Positions 22,810 to 34,003 of a stretch of 64,000 nucleotides of DNA are shown here, piece by piece. The position numbers were made by a program, and so were the translations under genes. The DNA comes from Octopus sinensis (lineage: Eukaryota), in NCBI RefSeq assembly GCF_006345805.1, contig NC_042999.1, positions 154,938,001 to 155,002,000 on the forward strand, written 5' to 3'. The notes under the pieces were generated by a model. It had not been told where the DNA came from. It saw only the letters and a program-made list of their open reading frames with translations, and ran no database searches. Within the stretch, counting starts at the first letter, position 1; every line of letters begins with the position of its first letter.

Positions 22810-23990
22810 ATTGCCATATAATAAACAAAAAGAAGTTCGTGTATAAAATTGATCTTTTTTCTACTTTAATTATTACGTTTATTTTCTTATAAAATACACA
22901 CATACAGGAGGAGTAAATTTCTATATATAATAACACTTTGAATGTGGCTCCCGAGAAAGTCGGGTCTCCCCAACCTCGAGAATCTCTGTTATTTCTTCCA
23001 GCTTGGTCTGCTCGACTTGCATCACAATTCGAAGGCCCTGGCCATGCCAGCTGCGTGGCTCCATTACGGCAGCTTCCAATACGGATATTTTGTCTTCTAG
23101 ACCGATAGTAACTGCCGCGACGAGCCACTCTGGGACTACGTCAGGAGGAATATTACTTATCGTAACTCTTGACGTTCTTTTGCCCATATATATGGGCAGA
23201 AGTACCACCTCTTCGGTTTTAAAGGGTCGACTGAATGGAGTCGGGCTGCCTCTTCTGACTCCATTCTTACTTCGACGGTTGCATACCGCCTACCTCTGTT
23301 TACGTATTTTACCAGGTGCTATATAGGCTTTAGACACTTTTCAATTTCACTCTCCACAACGTAGTCTATCTTCTTTATTTTCACCTTGTATGTCTTATAA
23401 ATGAGAGTTTTCTTCTCTATATATTGTTGAATATCTTTTGGAGAGGCTACTTTAACTTCATTCCCCTCCTTCGTTAATAATTCCTTGTGTTTTTCTAAGT
23501 TGTTCAGGTTTAGCATTTTCACTTTTGTGCCTGCCGCAGCGGCAAAATCCAATTTTCTCGATTATTTTCTCATTTTTTTTTTCTGCTATTTTTCTTTTGT
23601 ACATAAACTTGCAACATAATTTTTTTTTTTTTTTGACGTCGATGGTCTAGGTGGGGTATTCTCAAATTCTTCTTCTATTAATGTTTTTTCCACATTTCTT
23701 TCCACTTCCTCTTCCCTCAATAACCCTTCTATATTTAGTTTATTCGAGCTTGCCATAATGCAAGCTTCCCCACACGGGAGTAAAACACGCAAAAAAAAAA
23801 AAAAATTCAGAAATAATCCAACAATGGTTTCAACAAGTAACCAAATGGTTTCAACAAACTAACACTATCAAAAGTTCAAAACAATAAAACGCCCACCCCC
23901 TCGTAAACAGCAAAACATCCAACAATTAACTCAAGACACAACTTGCACGAACTGGTTAGACTTTGGCATCGATCGGTACCGTACAAGGTG
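22810..23990 (-). mobile_element. ORF1/gag-like-only retroelement unit U1 (frameshifted)
   Basis: KTLIYKTYKVKIKKIDYVVESEIEKCL...EEVVLLPIYMGKRTSRVTISNIPPDV..WLVAAV aligns by eye with the 27552 ORF. Confidence 0.7.
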
Positions 23991-25420
23991 ATTTTTTTAT
24001 TACTTACAGGGGGCTATACAAAGAATGGGACAATACAAAACGTGACAAACATAAACTCGGGGAACTTAAAAATTATGAAAAGAAGATGAATTAAGAAGTG
24101 AAAATTGAAAGAAACGAATGAAAATATGAAAGAATATAAATGAGACGCAATGCCCACTCGAACTCCGAAGTCGAGTGGTTACATTTCGACAATTTTTCTC
24201 TTTTTCATAAATGAATATCACAAAAATTACAATCTAATTTTTCTTTTTAGTCTCTCATATTCCATTATGGGTAGGTGGACTCTTATGCAGCCGACACCAT
24301 TTCACCAGTTTTACATTTTTCGCAAATCCCTCCATGAATTTGTCATATCTCTCCTGAGGTATCAAAATACCTCCGTCATTTACATCAAAACTGTCTCCCG
24401 ACAGCCTCACTCTTACCATTTCCTTCACTTTCGCTATTTTTCTCTCCGCGTCCGCACTTTTTTTTTATATATTACAAAGGCTCCCTCAAATTTATACAGT
24501 TCGTTTTCTGTTTCTTCCTCTTGCATATTCTTAGTTTCAAGTTTCTCCGGAACTTTTCGGTTTGAACGGCAGCTTTTTCTAGCGGCGTCATATGAAACTG
24601 TCACCCATAATTATGACTCTAGTATCGATCTATTGCATTTCAATCTGTTTTAGGGTTAGGGTTAGGGGTGGGAGGAAGGATATCTTTTTTTTCTTCAGAA
24701 ATGTAAATAAACCCAATCTGTTTCTTAAACGAGGGACATATTCATACGGCGCAGAATGTTTTCACCTCAATAGACGTCATTGATTGGTTGAAATTGCAGA
24801 AATTGAAGAAAAAAACAACAAATATCTTACAAACTATAGAATTTTCTCAATAAAACCAAGAGAAAAAGATGTTTTATAAACACATTCTACCAGTATACGA
24901 AGTTTAAATTTTTTTAGTTACCTGGAATTAATTTTTAAAAACTGTCGTTCAAACCGAAAAGATCCGTTTTTCCTTACCTTTCTTGTTTTCTACTGAGTGT
25001 TCCCTTTTCTTAGACCTCTTTCTTCTTTTGGGGCTAATAACTCCCTCAATCTCTTCCTTTGATTCTTTCACTTCACTTTTCTTCTTCTCTTTATCTTTCT
25101 GGGTACGGTCCTTCTCTATTTTGTCTTCTTCTCTGTTTGTAATTTCTCCTGCATCTGCTCTTTCTTTTGCTCTTTCATTTGTTCCTTTTCCACCGTCTTT
25201 TCGCTGTGTGTGAATTCGTATTAGGGGCACTCGGTCCTTATGGTGTCCTCTCACTCGCATAAGTAGCAATTTGGTTTCCTTCCCTCCACCACTACCACAT
25301 TCAGCGTCATCTCGTCCTCAACCTCAATCTGATAAGGGATTCCTTCGATATCCTCAAATGTAGCGATAAGCCACATTTCAACTCCAAACGCCCACCAGTT
25401 CAACATATCCGTTTCACCAA
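23991..25420 (-). mobile_element. ORF1-only retroelement unit U2 (3' part: zinc knuckle, K/E-rich linker, C-terminal domain, 3' tail)
   Basis: VVVEGRKPNCYLC..GH..TEC (frameshifted CCHC), hairpin at 24154-24178 and a tail at 23991-24050 similar to SINE tail B. Interrupted by the MITE at 24549-24965. Confidence 0.68.
24549..24965. mobile_element. Merlin-like MITE family 1, second copy
   Basis: Near-identical to 16216-16626. TSD gtttctcc / gtttttcc. Confidence 0.85.
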
Positions 25421-25935
25421 CTATACAATGGTAGAAAGAAAGAGGAATAATGTGGAATCTCCATCTAAAAGCCCAAAGAAGAAAAGAAAGGCACAGGAGA
25501 ACAAGAACGAGAAGAGAAGGAATGAGGAGCCAAGTGCGGAACGAACACAAAGGCCGTTGCATTCAACTAGTAAGGAGGAGGGAGGACGGAAGAAGAGGAG
25601 ACATGAAAGTGAGAAGGAAGGACAAACAGAGACGGGAATGCCAGCAACAGAAGAGGAAGAGAGTGGTGAAGAACAGCAGAGAGAGCCACCGAAGGAGAAA
25701 TATGAAAGAGCTGTGATATTCTTTCTTTTACTTCTTTCAGTCATGCGACTGTAGCCATGCTGGAGCACCGCCTTTAGTCGAACAAATCGACCCCAGGACT
25801 TATTCTTTGTAAGCCTAGTACTTATTCTATCGGTCTCTTTTGCCGAACCGCTAAGTTACGGAGGCATAAACTCGCCAGCATCGGTTGTCAAGCGATGTTG
25901 GGGGAGGGGGGACAAACACAGACACACAAACATAT

Positions 25936-25966
<31 letters not shown>

Positions 25967-26624
25967 CGATGGGCTTCTTTCAGTTTCCGTCTACCAAATC
26001 CACTCACAAGGCTTTGGTGGGCCCGAGTAGAAGACACTTGCCCAAGGTACCACGCAGTGGGACTGAACACGGAACCATGTGGTTCGTAAGCAAGTTACTT
26101 ACCGTAACGCCACTCATACGCCTATGAGTGGCATATGTTACAAAAAAAAAGTGTAAAGATAGAAAAGAAAATTTCAAAAATGAAACATGTCATAAGGGTT
26201 AAAGTGGCTGACAGTGAGTACAATCGAGATGAGAAAGCGGTACTGTTGGAGGAAGAAAAAACAAGAAGGTTGCAGGAAATATTTGGCGACAGGATAGTGA
26301 TAACAAGAATTCGATTTCGTTACGATGAATTGCCACCAGTGATAATATTTGACGATTTGGTGAAACATATGGTGTGACTTTGTGAGGATCTTTAAACAAA
26401 AGGAAAACTAACAAGATATAAGACTGATAAGTACACGCTTTATTTAAAAAAAACAGTAAAATGAAACTACTTGCTTACAGTGGGGCAAGCAAGTCATTTC
26501 ATCTTCATTTTCATTTATATTCATAATTCATTCGTTATATGTTTTTATGAACCCCAATGTATTGTTTTGTCTGTCTTTTGTGTTGTTCCTTCTCTATGAG
26601 GCCTTGTGCCTAATTGAAGAAATA
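25421..26624 (+). mobile_element. ORF1-only retroelement unit U3 (3' part) interrupted by SINE
   Basis: K/E-rich linker (25428-25720), C-terminal domain EKKISKMKHVIRVKVADSEY...YDELPP, hairpin at 26469-26494, tail ending aagaaata at 26624. Confidence 0.65.
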
Positions 26625-27447
26625 AGGACGTTGGTGTTGTCAGTGTTTTATTTAATTAGTGAGTTGGAAGTGTATATGCTCCTTGTGAGTACCGTTTTGT
26701 TTAACTGATATTTGTTGAATTGTTGGAGTGTTGTTACCTGTTGAACTTGTTGTTACGGCTTTTTAATTTTTTCCCCCCATTTATGGGTGAAGTGGTGAAT
26801 AATATGGAAAGTACACTAGTGCAAGCGGGTAGTTATGCTGCGGTGACTGGCAAAAGCCAGTCAGCGGAGGGACTGCAAGTTACAGAAATTAAATTACAGG
26901 AGAAAAACTTCAAAAATACTATGATTTATTAAGAAAGGAGGGAGATAGCCTAAGGTTGACGCTCCTCAAACAAGTAACAGAAAGAACGGAGAAGGTAACT
27001 ATCGTGTATAGAACATTGAAAATTGCAACAAAAAAGGTGGAAATAGCAGCGGTGGAGGCGGTCGAGGAGTGCCTCAGAGAAATTAAGAACGTTGAGACGT
27101 TCTACACCAGAGGAAGGAAATACGGCACAGTGGTGGTACGCTTCGTGAATAAAGAAGCGAGGAAATACTCCACTGTGCCTTTGAGATCTGCAGAGTGGGC
27201 GCTGCTACCGACTTACTGTGGCAAACGTGTGACCAGAGTAAGAATAAGTAGAGTGCCCCCAGAAATTGATGAGGCGTGGCTGGTGGAAGCCATCCTCTTC
27301 AATAGAGAGGAAGACACGGAGATGTTCATTTTCATGTGTCATTCATTATATCATATTTCATTTTTATATTTTTAATTGTTATATATCCCCACATGTGCTG
27401 TAGTGTTCCCCTCTGTGTAATGCCTTTAAGGCAATTTAAAAGAAATA
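26625..27447 (+). mobile_element. ORF1-only retroelement unit U4 (internally deleted)
   Basis: TIVYRTLKI...GRKYGTVVVRF...WALLPTYCGKRVTRVRISRVPPEIDEAWLVEAI, joined directly to a 3' tail ending aagaaata. Confidence 0.68.
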
Positions 27448-27551
27448 AAGAAGCTTGCTTCCCGCGCATGCGTCGGTCTATTCGTTGTGTTGATTTTTGA
27501 CGAGACGGACGGAATTTTTTGAGCTGCTTGTCAGCGGTTTGTCGGTGAGAG

Positions 27552-28607
27552 TTGTACCGGTGGAAAGGAATGTATTCGGACCTTAGCGAGTATGGACTGT
27601 CCTCAGCGGAGGAGGAGCTCGTTAAGGCGGTAAATAGAATGGACGAGCATTTGGAAAGAGTAAAGAGTTTTGCTGAGGCTGCAGAGGTGAAGAAAAGGGA
27701 GGTGGACCTTGCCGGACTAACACAGAAGGTGGGCACTGACGTAAAGTTATTACCCCCAAAAAGGGTCATGGAAAGTATGGAAAAGAAGGCTATTACCTAC
27801 AAGATGTACTCAGTGGAGAGTAGGTCGGTGGAGCGGATGGAGATAGAAAAAGTAGAAAAAGCATTGAAGGGACTTTCGAAGGAAGTGACATACATAGCGA
27901 AAGGAAATGGATATGGGACGGTAGTTGTCCAGTTTAGGACAGCGGAGGAGGCAAAGTGGCTGGCGAGTACAACGGTGAGAACGGAGGAAGTAGTTCTTCT
28001 ACCCACGTACCTTGGAAGAAAGACTTCTAAGGTGAAGGTAGAAGGAATCCCACCCAATATAGAAGTGGCTTATGTTGCGGCAGCCGTCCTCGTTGGTAGT
28101 GAAGAGGAGGTGGCTGTCCTCCAAACCACAGAGACGGAGGAAGGAGGATATAGAGGAAACACATAGGAAATCATCATACAAGTGGAGGCGAAGCAACTGG
28201 AAAATTTGGCGGAGACAGTGACGTTGGGAGAAATAGTATTGAGAGTATGGGTAGAGGGCAGAGTTCCGCGATGCTTTAAATGTGGCCAAAAAGGCCACAT
28301 TAGAGCTCACTGCCTTCTACAGAAGAAAACGACAGAAGAAGCGGTGCTGGAGACGGAGGAGAAAAAGAAAGAAGTACAGATAGATGGAAGGAATAAGGAG
28401 GATGAATGGACAGTGACAGAGAATAAAAGGAAAAAGAGAAAGAAGAGGAAGAACAGTCAGTGTGATGTGGGACCCCAGACCAACTCCATCCCACCCAAGA
28501 CCACTCAGATCCACCATCCCCATACACACACCAAACCCACCCACTCCCTCTCCCCACAGGAAAAAAGATTAGACACCACAAAATTTACAAGACCCCTCCC
28601 CCGCTGA
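27552..28607 (+). pseudogene. L1/Tx1-type ORF1 (gag-like, RRM-like region + CCHC zinc knuckle), unit U5, one in-frame stop
   Basis: ORFs 27552-28166 and 28182-28607 are in the same frame, separated by a single TAG at 28164-28166. Contains CFKCGQKGHIRAHC and a basic NLS-like tract. No endonuclease or RT follows. Confidence 0.8.
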
Positions 28608-28849
28608 TAAAGGTTACGTGTACATGTAACTCAGTGATGAGGAAAGCGGCAAAAGAAAGACTAGATCAAAGACTAAAGAGGACTCAGGACTCAGAGGTGG
28701 CGGTTGGTGTTACTCAGTGTGGGGTGAGTAACACACTTTTCATATTCTCATTTCTCAGTTATCATTCATGTATCAGTACAACCTGAATATAATTTTTTCC
28801 TCTATACTTTTATTTATATTTTTAGTTCCGATTTTTTTTTTGGGGGGGG

Positions 28850-29460
28850 TAGTCGATTAGATAGAACTCAGTACGCAACTGGTACTTAATTTATCGATCT
28901 CGAAAGGATGAAAGGCAAAGTCGGAATTTGAACTCAGAACGTAAAGGCAGATGAAACATCGCTAAGTATTTCGCCCGGCGTGCTAACGTTTCTCCCAGCT
29001 CGCTGCCTTAAGAAAGAAATATAAATATTCTTTTCTACTCTAGGCACAAGGCCCGAAATTTTGGGGGAAGAGGCAAGTCGATTAGATCGACTCAGTACGC
29101 AACTGGTACTTAATTTATCGACCCCGAAAGAATGAAAGGCAAAGTCGACCTCGGCGGAATTTGAACTCAGAACGTAGCGGCAGACGAAATACTGCTAAGC
29201 ATTTCGCTCGGCGTGCTAACGTTTCTTATTTCTTTATTGCCCACAAGGGGTTAAACATAGAGGGGACAAACAAGGAGAGACAAAGGGACTAAGTCGATTA
29301 CATCGACCCCAGTGCGTAACTGGTACTTATTTAATCGACCCCGAAAAGATGAAAGGCAAAGTCGACCTCGTCGGAATTTGAACTCAGAACGTAAAGACGG
29401 ATGATACACTGCTAAGCATTTCGGCTAGCGTGCTAACGTTTCTGCCAGCTCGCTGCCTTT
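28850..29460 (-). mobile_element. Tandem array of three Nin/Deu-domain SINEs (tails A and B)
   Basis: Repeated cgaaaggatgaaaggcaaagtcgacctcggcggaatttgaactcagaacg units. Confidence 0.8.
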
Positions 29461-29545
29461 AGAGAGAAGGCAAGATTGATAGATGAAAAACTTAGAGAAA
29501 ACTGAAAATTTGAATTTATGTTTTATTCTATTGTGTTGTAATATC

Positions 29546-29763
29546 GGTACCACTTAAGAAGAGTGGTCCCGGTGCGCGCACTCGCGCAAGCTAGTTGTGA
29601 CTAGTCGATCCTTACTTTGCGTTTTTGTGTTTTATTTACTATGTTTAAAAAAATTATTTACTTTGCTAGGTAGTCGTTGTAGGATCGACTAGTCACGACT
29701 AGCTAGCGCGGATGCGCAAGTACGCGAATGTGCGCACCGGGACCACTCTTCTTAAGTGGTACC
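29546..29763. mobile_element. Merlin-like MITE family 2
   Basis: TIR ggtaccacttaagaagagtggtcccggtgcgc and its inverse, TSD gtaatatc / ttaatatc. An inverted partial copy interrupted by a SINE lies at about 31503-32104. Confidence 0.82.
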
Positions 29764-30656
29764 TTAATATCTTCATCAACACCGCCACTGAATTTAAGAC
29801 GTTTATATGAAGTACTTCTTTATTCCTTCACGGTGTTTACGTTTTACAAAATTAAACTAGAAAATTGGGCAAAACAGAGAACAAAATTTTAAAAATTTTA
29901 AAGAAAAAAAAGAAAAAGAAAAAACAAAATAATTCACCACCTTGGGCTGAAAACTTGGGGGCGCTGGAAAATTTGAATATTTCTGATTGAAAAAAAAAAA
30001 AAAAGAAAAGAAATATATTCATTGTATCTTATTATTTGCCATTATTTCTCTCAGTGGAAATAGTAAAAATATGGAGTTGACGAAGAAGCATCGACTAGCT
30101 AGAAATAGCAGCTAAATCTCCCTTAAATCATACCCTTTTCTCTTAAGAGAATAAGAAAAGACATGTTAGATAATGTAGTCCTAGATCCCTCCATAAAAAG
30201 ATGGAGTGGCCATAACTGGAATGGCTTTGATCATATGAGCTCTGTCAATGATGATGTGGAACTAAACAAGTCGGAATGCTTTAATCTCTCCTTAGAGCGC
30301 CTCATTTGTGTGCGGTGTAAGGGGAAACTAGTTCCTGTCTGAATATTACCCACATTAAGTCTCCAACTTACAATTCTTCCAATAACATCTGTACAAATAA
30401 AAATTAATTCTTGTTTACGATGATGAAAACCGTTTGTTACAGCTGTAATTTCCAATGTAGAGATAGTTTATAGTAAAGATGTTATTGTTTTGTGGGTGGA
30501 GAACAGTATATATAAGGAATCTTAACTTCAGTCGCTTAATTTACAAGAAATAGCAACCGAATCTCCTTTAAATGACACCTTTAAAACATTCGAACGACGA
30601 TCTAACGAGGAGCCCACCACGCGGTGATTCGTCCTTGTGGTAATAACAAAATCTCT

Positions 30657-31079
30657 GGCGATCTTTCGTCTCTAGTAGACCTTTCCGTCGATTTCCGTAA
30701 AAAAATTTTTTTTTTTACATATGGGCTTGCGGGAACTTTTGAAGTAATATACATACATATACACATACACCGAGTAAAAAATTTCAGTTATCTCTTTCTT
30801 TCACACATTACTCTGTCTCTTCACACATACTAACAGAAGCACTTCACTTACACAACATACTGTCTGTCTCCCACACCCCATCAAACCCACACACACACTT
30901 GTACATCAATGCTTCCCATGCACGGTAACTTCAAAAGAACTTCCCTCGTCATACAATCGCTTTCTCTTAGTCTCTTTCGCTCTCATTACTTCAAAAGTTC
31001 CCGCAAGCCCATATGTAAAAAAAAAAAAAAAATTTTTACGGAAATCGACGGAAAGGTCTACTAGAGACGAAAGATTGCC
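30657..31079. mobile_element. Merlin-like MITE family 3 (~90-bp TIRs)
   Basis: ggcgatctttcgtctctagtagacctttccgtcg... / ...cgacggaaaggtctactagagacgaaagattgcc, TSD aaatctct / taatctct. Confidence 0.85.
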
Positions 31080-32710
31080 TAATCTCTCGCAATTAAAAAA
31101 TGAATTGTCACACGATGGCAGGTCTACTAAGGTAAACGACCTCATCAACAACGAGAGACTGTTTACTTAAATGAATAGCGGGATTATGTTTCACCAACTT
31201 AAATACTACCATCTACTTGACATTTCTCAGGCTCTTGTCGGTCAACATTAATGGTCTTTTTTTTTTTTTGTATTCTTAAAGTTCTCGAATCTGTACAAAA
31301 CGGTACCACATAAAAATGGCTTGCTGGTATCCACGAACGTCTCCGAAAAATTCAGTCAGGTATTGTTTTATTGTTTATAAAATAAACCGTGGTAAGAAAC
31401 TGGCTTCCCAGCAACATGGTACAGGGTTCAGCCTCACTGCGTGACACCTTGGGTGTATTCTACTTATATACTCGGGCCGACCAAAGCCTTGTGAGTGGAT
31501 TTGGACGACCTAGCAAAGTAAATAAAACACAAAATAAATCATTTTTTTACACAAAAGGCGCAGGAGTGGCTGTGTGGTAAGTAGCTTGTTTACCAACAAC
31601 ATGGTTCCGGGTTCAGTCCCACTGTGTAGCACCTTAGGCAAGTGTCTCCTAATATAGCCTCGGGCTGACCAAAGCCTTGTGAGTGGATTTGGTAGACGGA
31701 AACTGAAAGAAGCCCGTCGTATATATGTATATATATGTATGTGCGTGTATGTTTGTGTGTCTGTGTTTGTCCCCCTAGCATTGCTTGACAACGGATGCTG
31801 GTGTGTTTATGTCCCCGTCACTTAGCGGTTCGGTAAAAGAGACCGATAGAATAAGTACTGGGCTTACAAAGAATAAGTCCCGGGGTCGATTTGCTCGATT
31901 AAAGGCGGTGCTCCAGCATGGCCGCAGTCAAAATGACTGAAACAAGTAAAAGAGTAAAAGTAAATAAAACACAAAGTAAATAATTTTTTAAACAAAGTAA
32001 ATAACACAAAAACACAAAATAAGGATCGACTAGTCATGACTAGCTGGCGCGGATGCGCGAGTACGCGAGAGCGCGCACCGGGACCACTGTTCTCAATTAC
32101 TACCGGAAAACCCTTTCTTCACAACAGATTCCGATATAATTGGAAAATATATCATCTGAAGCGCGTTGGTAGAAAATTGCATTTAAAAATACCCACTTTT
32201 TCTGTAAGTTATGAGGAAACAAAGCCGTGTGGGCGGCGGATGGAGGGAAGGAGGTAGATATATGTAGGTAGGCCAAACGTTCAACAGCTTTTCGTCTGTT
32301 TCCACGTTCTGAGTTCAAATCCTGCCGAAGTCGTCTTTACCTTTCATTCTTTCGGGGTCGATAAAAATACGTGAGTCGAGTACTGGGGACTCGATGAAAT
32401 AGACTAGCCCCTTCCCCAAGAATTTCAAGCCTTGTGCCTATAGTAGATAGGACCATTATTAGAGGCGACGGGCTGACAAAATCGTTAGAAGGCCGGATAA
32501 AATGTTTGTGATATTTCGTCCGTGTTTACGATCCGGGTTCAAATTCTGCCGAGGTCGATGAAATAGGTACCAGTTGAACACTGCATGCAATGTAATCGAC
32601 TAGCCCCCACCCCCTTTGTATTTATAAGCACAAGACCTGAGAATTTATGGGAGGGGTCTAGTCGATTACATCAACCCAATGTTCAACAGGTACATAGTTT
32701 ATCGACCAGT

Positions 32711-33095
32711 GGAGGCGCAATGGCCCAGTGGTTAGGGCAGCGGACTCGCGGTCATAGGATCGCGGTTTCGATTCCCAGACCGGGCGTTGTGAGTGTTTAT
32801 TGAGCGAAAACACCTAAAGCTCCACGAGGCTCCAACAGGGGGTGGTGGTGATCCCTGCTGTACTCTTTCACCACAACTTTCTCTCACTCTTACTTCCTGT
32901 TTCTGTTGTACCTGTATTTCAAAGGGCCGGCCTTGTCACTCTCTGTGTCACGCTGAATATCCCCGAGAACTACGTTAAGGGTACACGTGTCTGTGGAGTG
33001 CTCAGCCACTTACACGTTAATTTCACGAGCAGGCTGTTCCGTTGATTCGGATCAACCGGAACCCTCGTCGTCGTAACCGACGGAGTGCTTCCAAA
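32711..33095 (+). mobile_element. Full-length tRNA-derived SINE
   Basis: ggaggcgcaatggcccagtgg...cgtaaccgacggagtgcttcc plus A tail; same family as 4053-4428 and 51490-51868. Confidence 0.85.
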
Positions 33096-34003
33096 AAATA
33101 AATTTTATCGACCCCGAAAGGATGAACTGCAAAAAGTCCGGCCGGTTAAACTCCAGTTTCTGACCCGGGCAGTTTCGACCTCGGGCGAATTTGAACTCAG
33201 AACGTAAAGACAGGCGAAATGCCGCAGAGTATTTTATCCGGTGTATTAACGAATCTGCGAAAAATATAATTAGTGAAGAGAGACATCACAGACTCCCATC
33301 ATAACGAGAGCCATATGAATGAATGGTGTGGTTCGCACTTAATGCCCGACTGGACCGCAGATCACATCCGTTTGCTCCGCACCCCTGCTTTTTTTTTTTT
33401 TTTATTAATTAACACAAAATAACTTTTATTTTCGACATGATTTAAAAAAAAAAAAACATTGTTTACCGCTCAACAAATTATTTCACAATTTTTAAATCTG
33501 ATCAATTTTATAACAGTTTATGTATATTTTCGATCAAATAAAAAAAAAAAATGTCGAACACGACTTGAGATCATTATTAAAATTTTAGAGGAATGAAATA
33601 AAAAAAATGTTAATTAGAATTTTGAATTAAAAAATATTTTGGTATCTAAGTGGAAGTTCTCCTTCCTTTAATTACACTCCGTGGCCCTACTGCGGCCCTT
33701 AAATTAACACTGTCAACTAGAACAAATATGTATACTGTCTATTGATGTATATAATAAGTATGTGACCTTAAAAGTAATTATACTTTATATATTTATTTTG
33801 TATGGATGTTGTCCTCATGTAAGAAATTTTATTTAATTATATTATTATATATCGAAGATGGAAAATAATCGCCTTTTTACGGTTGTATTACTATTTTAGT
33901 GTCAAAACAAATATTTTCTTCTTGTCGGTTTCACTTGTTAACTCGTCGTGTTCATAATATTAATAATTCCTATATTGATTACCGTTAAAACTCTCGCCAA
34001 ATC

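Noticed and set aside
24661-24670. ttagggttagggttaggg as telomeric repeat
   Set aside because: Only 2-3 units, internal to the Merlin-like MITE in both copies.
30054-30115. Candidate chitobiase last exon after acceptor ctctcag (SGNSKNMELTKKH...)
   Set aside because: No resemblance to the chitobiase C-terminus and it runs into a dispersed repeat. A candidate near 16668 was equally unconvincing.
32711-32785. tRNA-like sequence as a functional tRNA gene
   Set aside because: It continues into a SINE body present in many copies, some with TSDs; no proper acceptor stem or terminator.
33284-33306. ZNF143/Staf-like motif as promoter of the hAT-derived gene
   Set aside because: Only a partial match and no transcript evidence.
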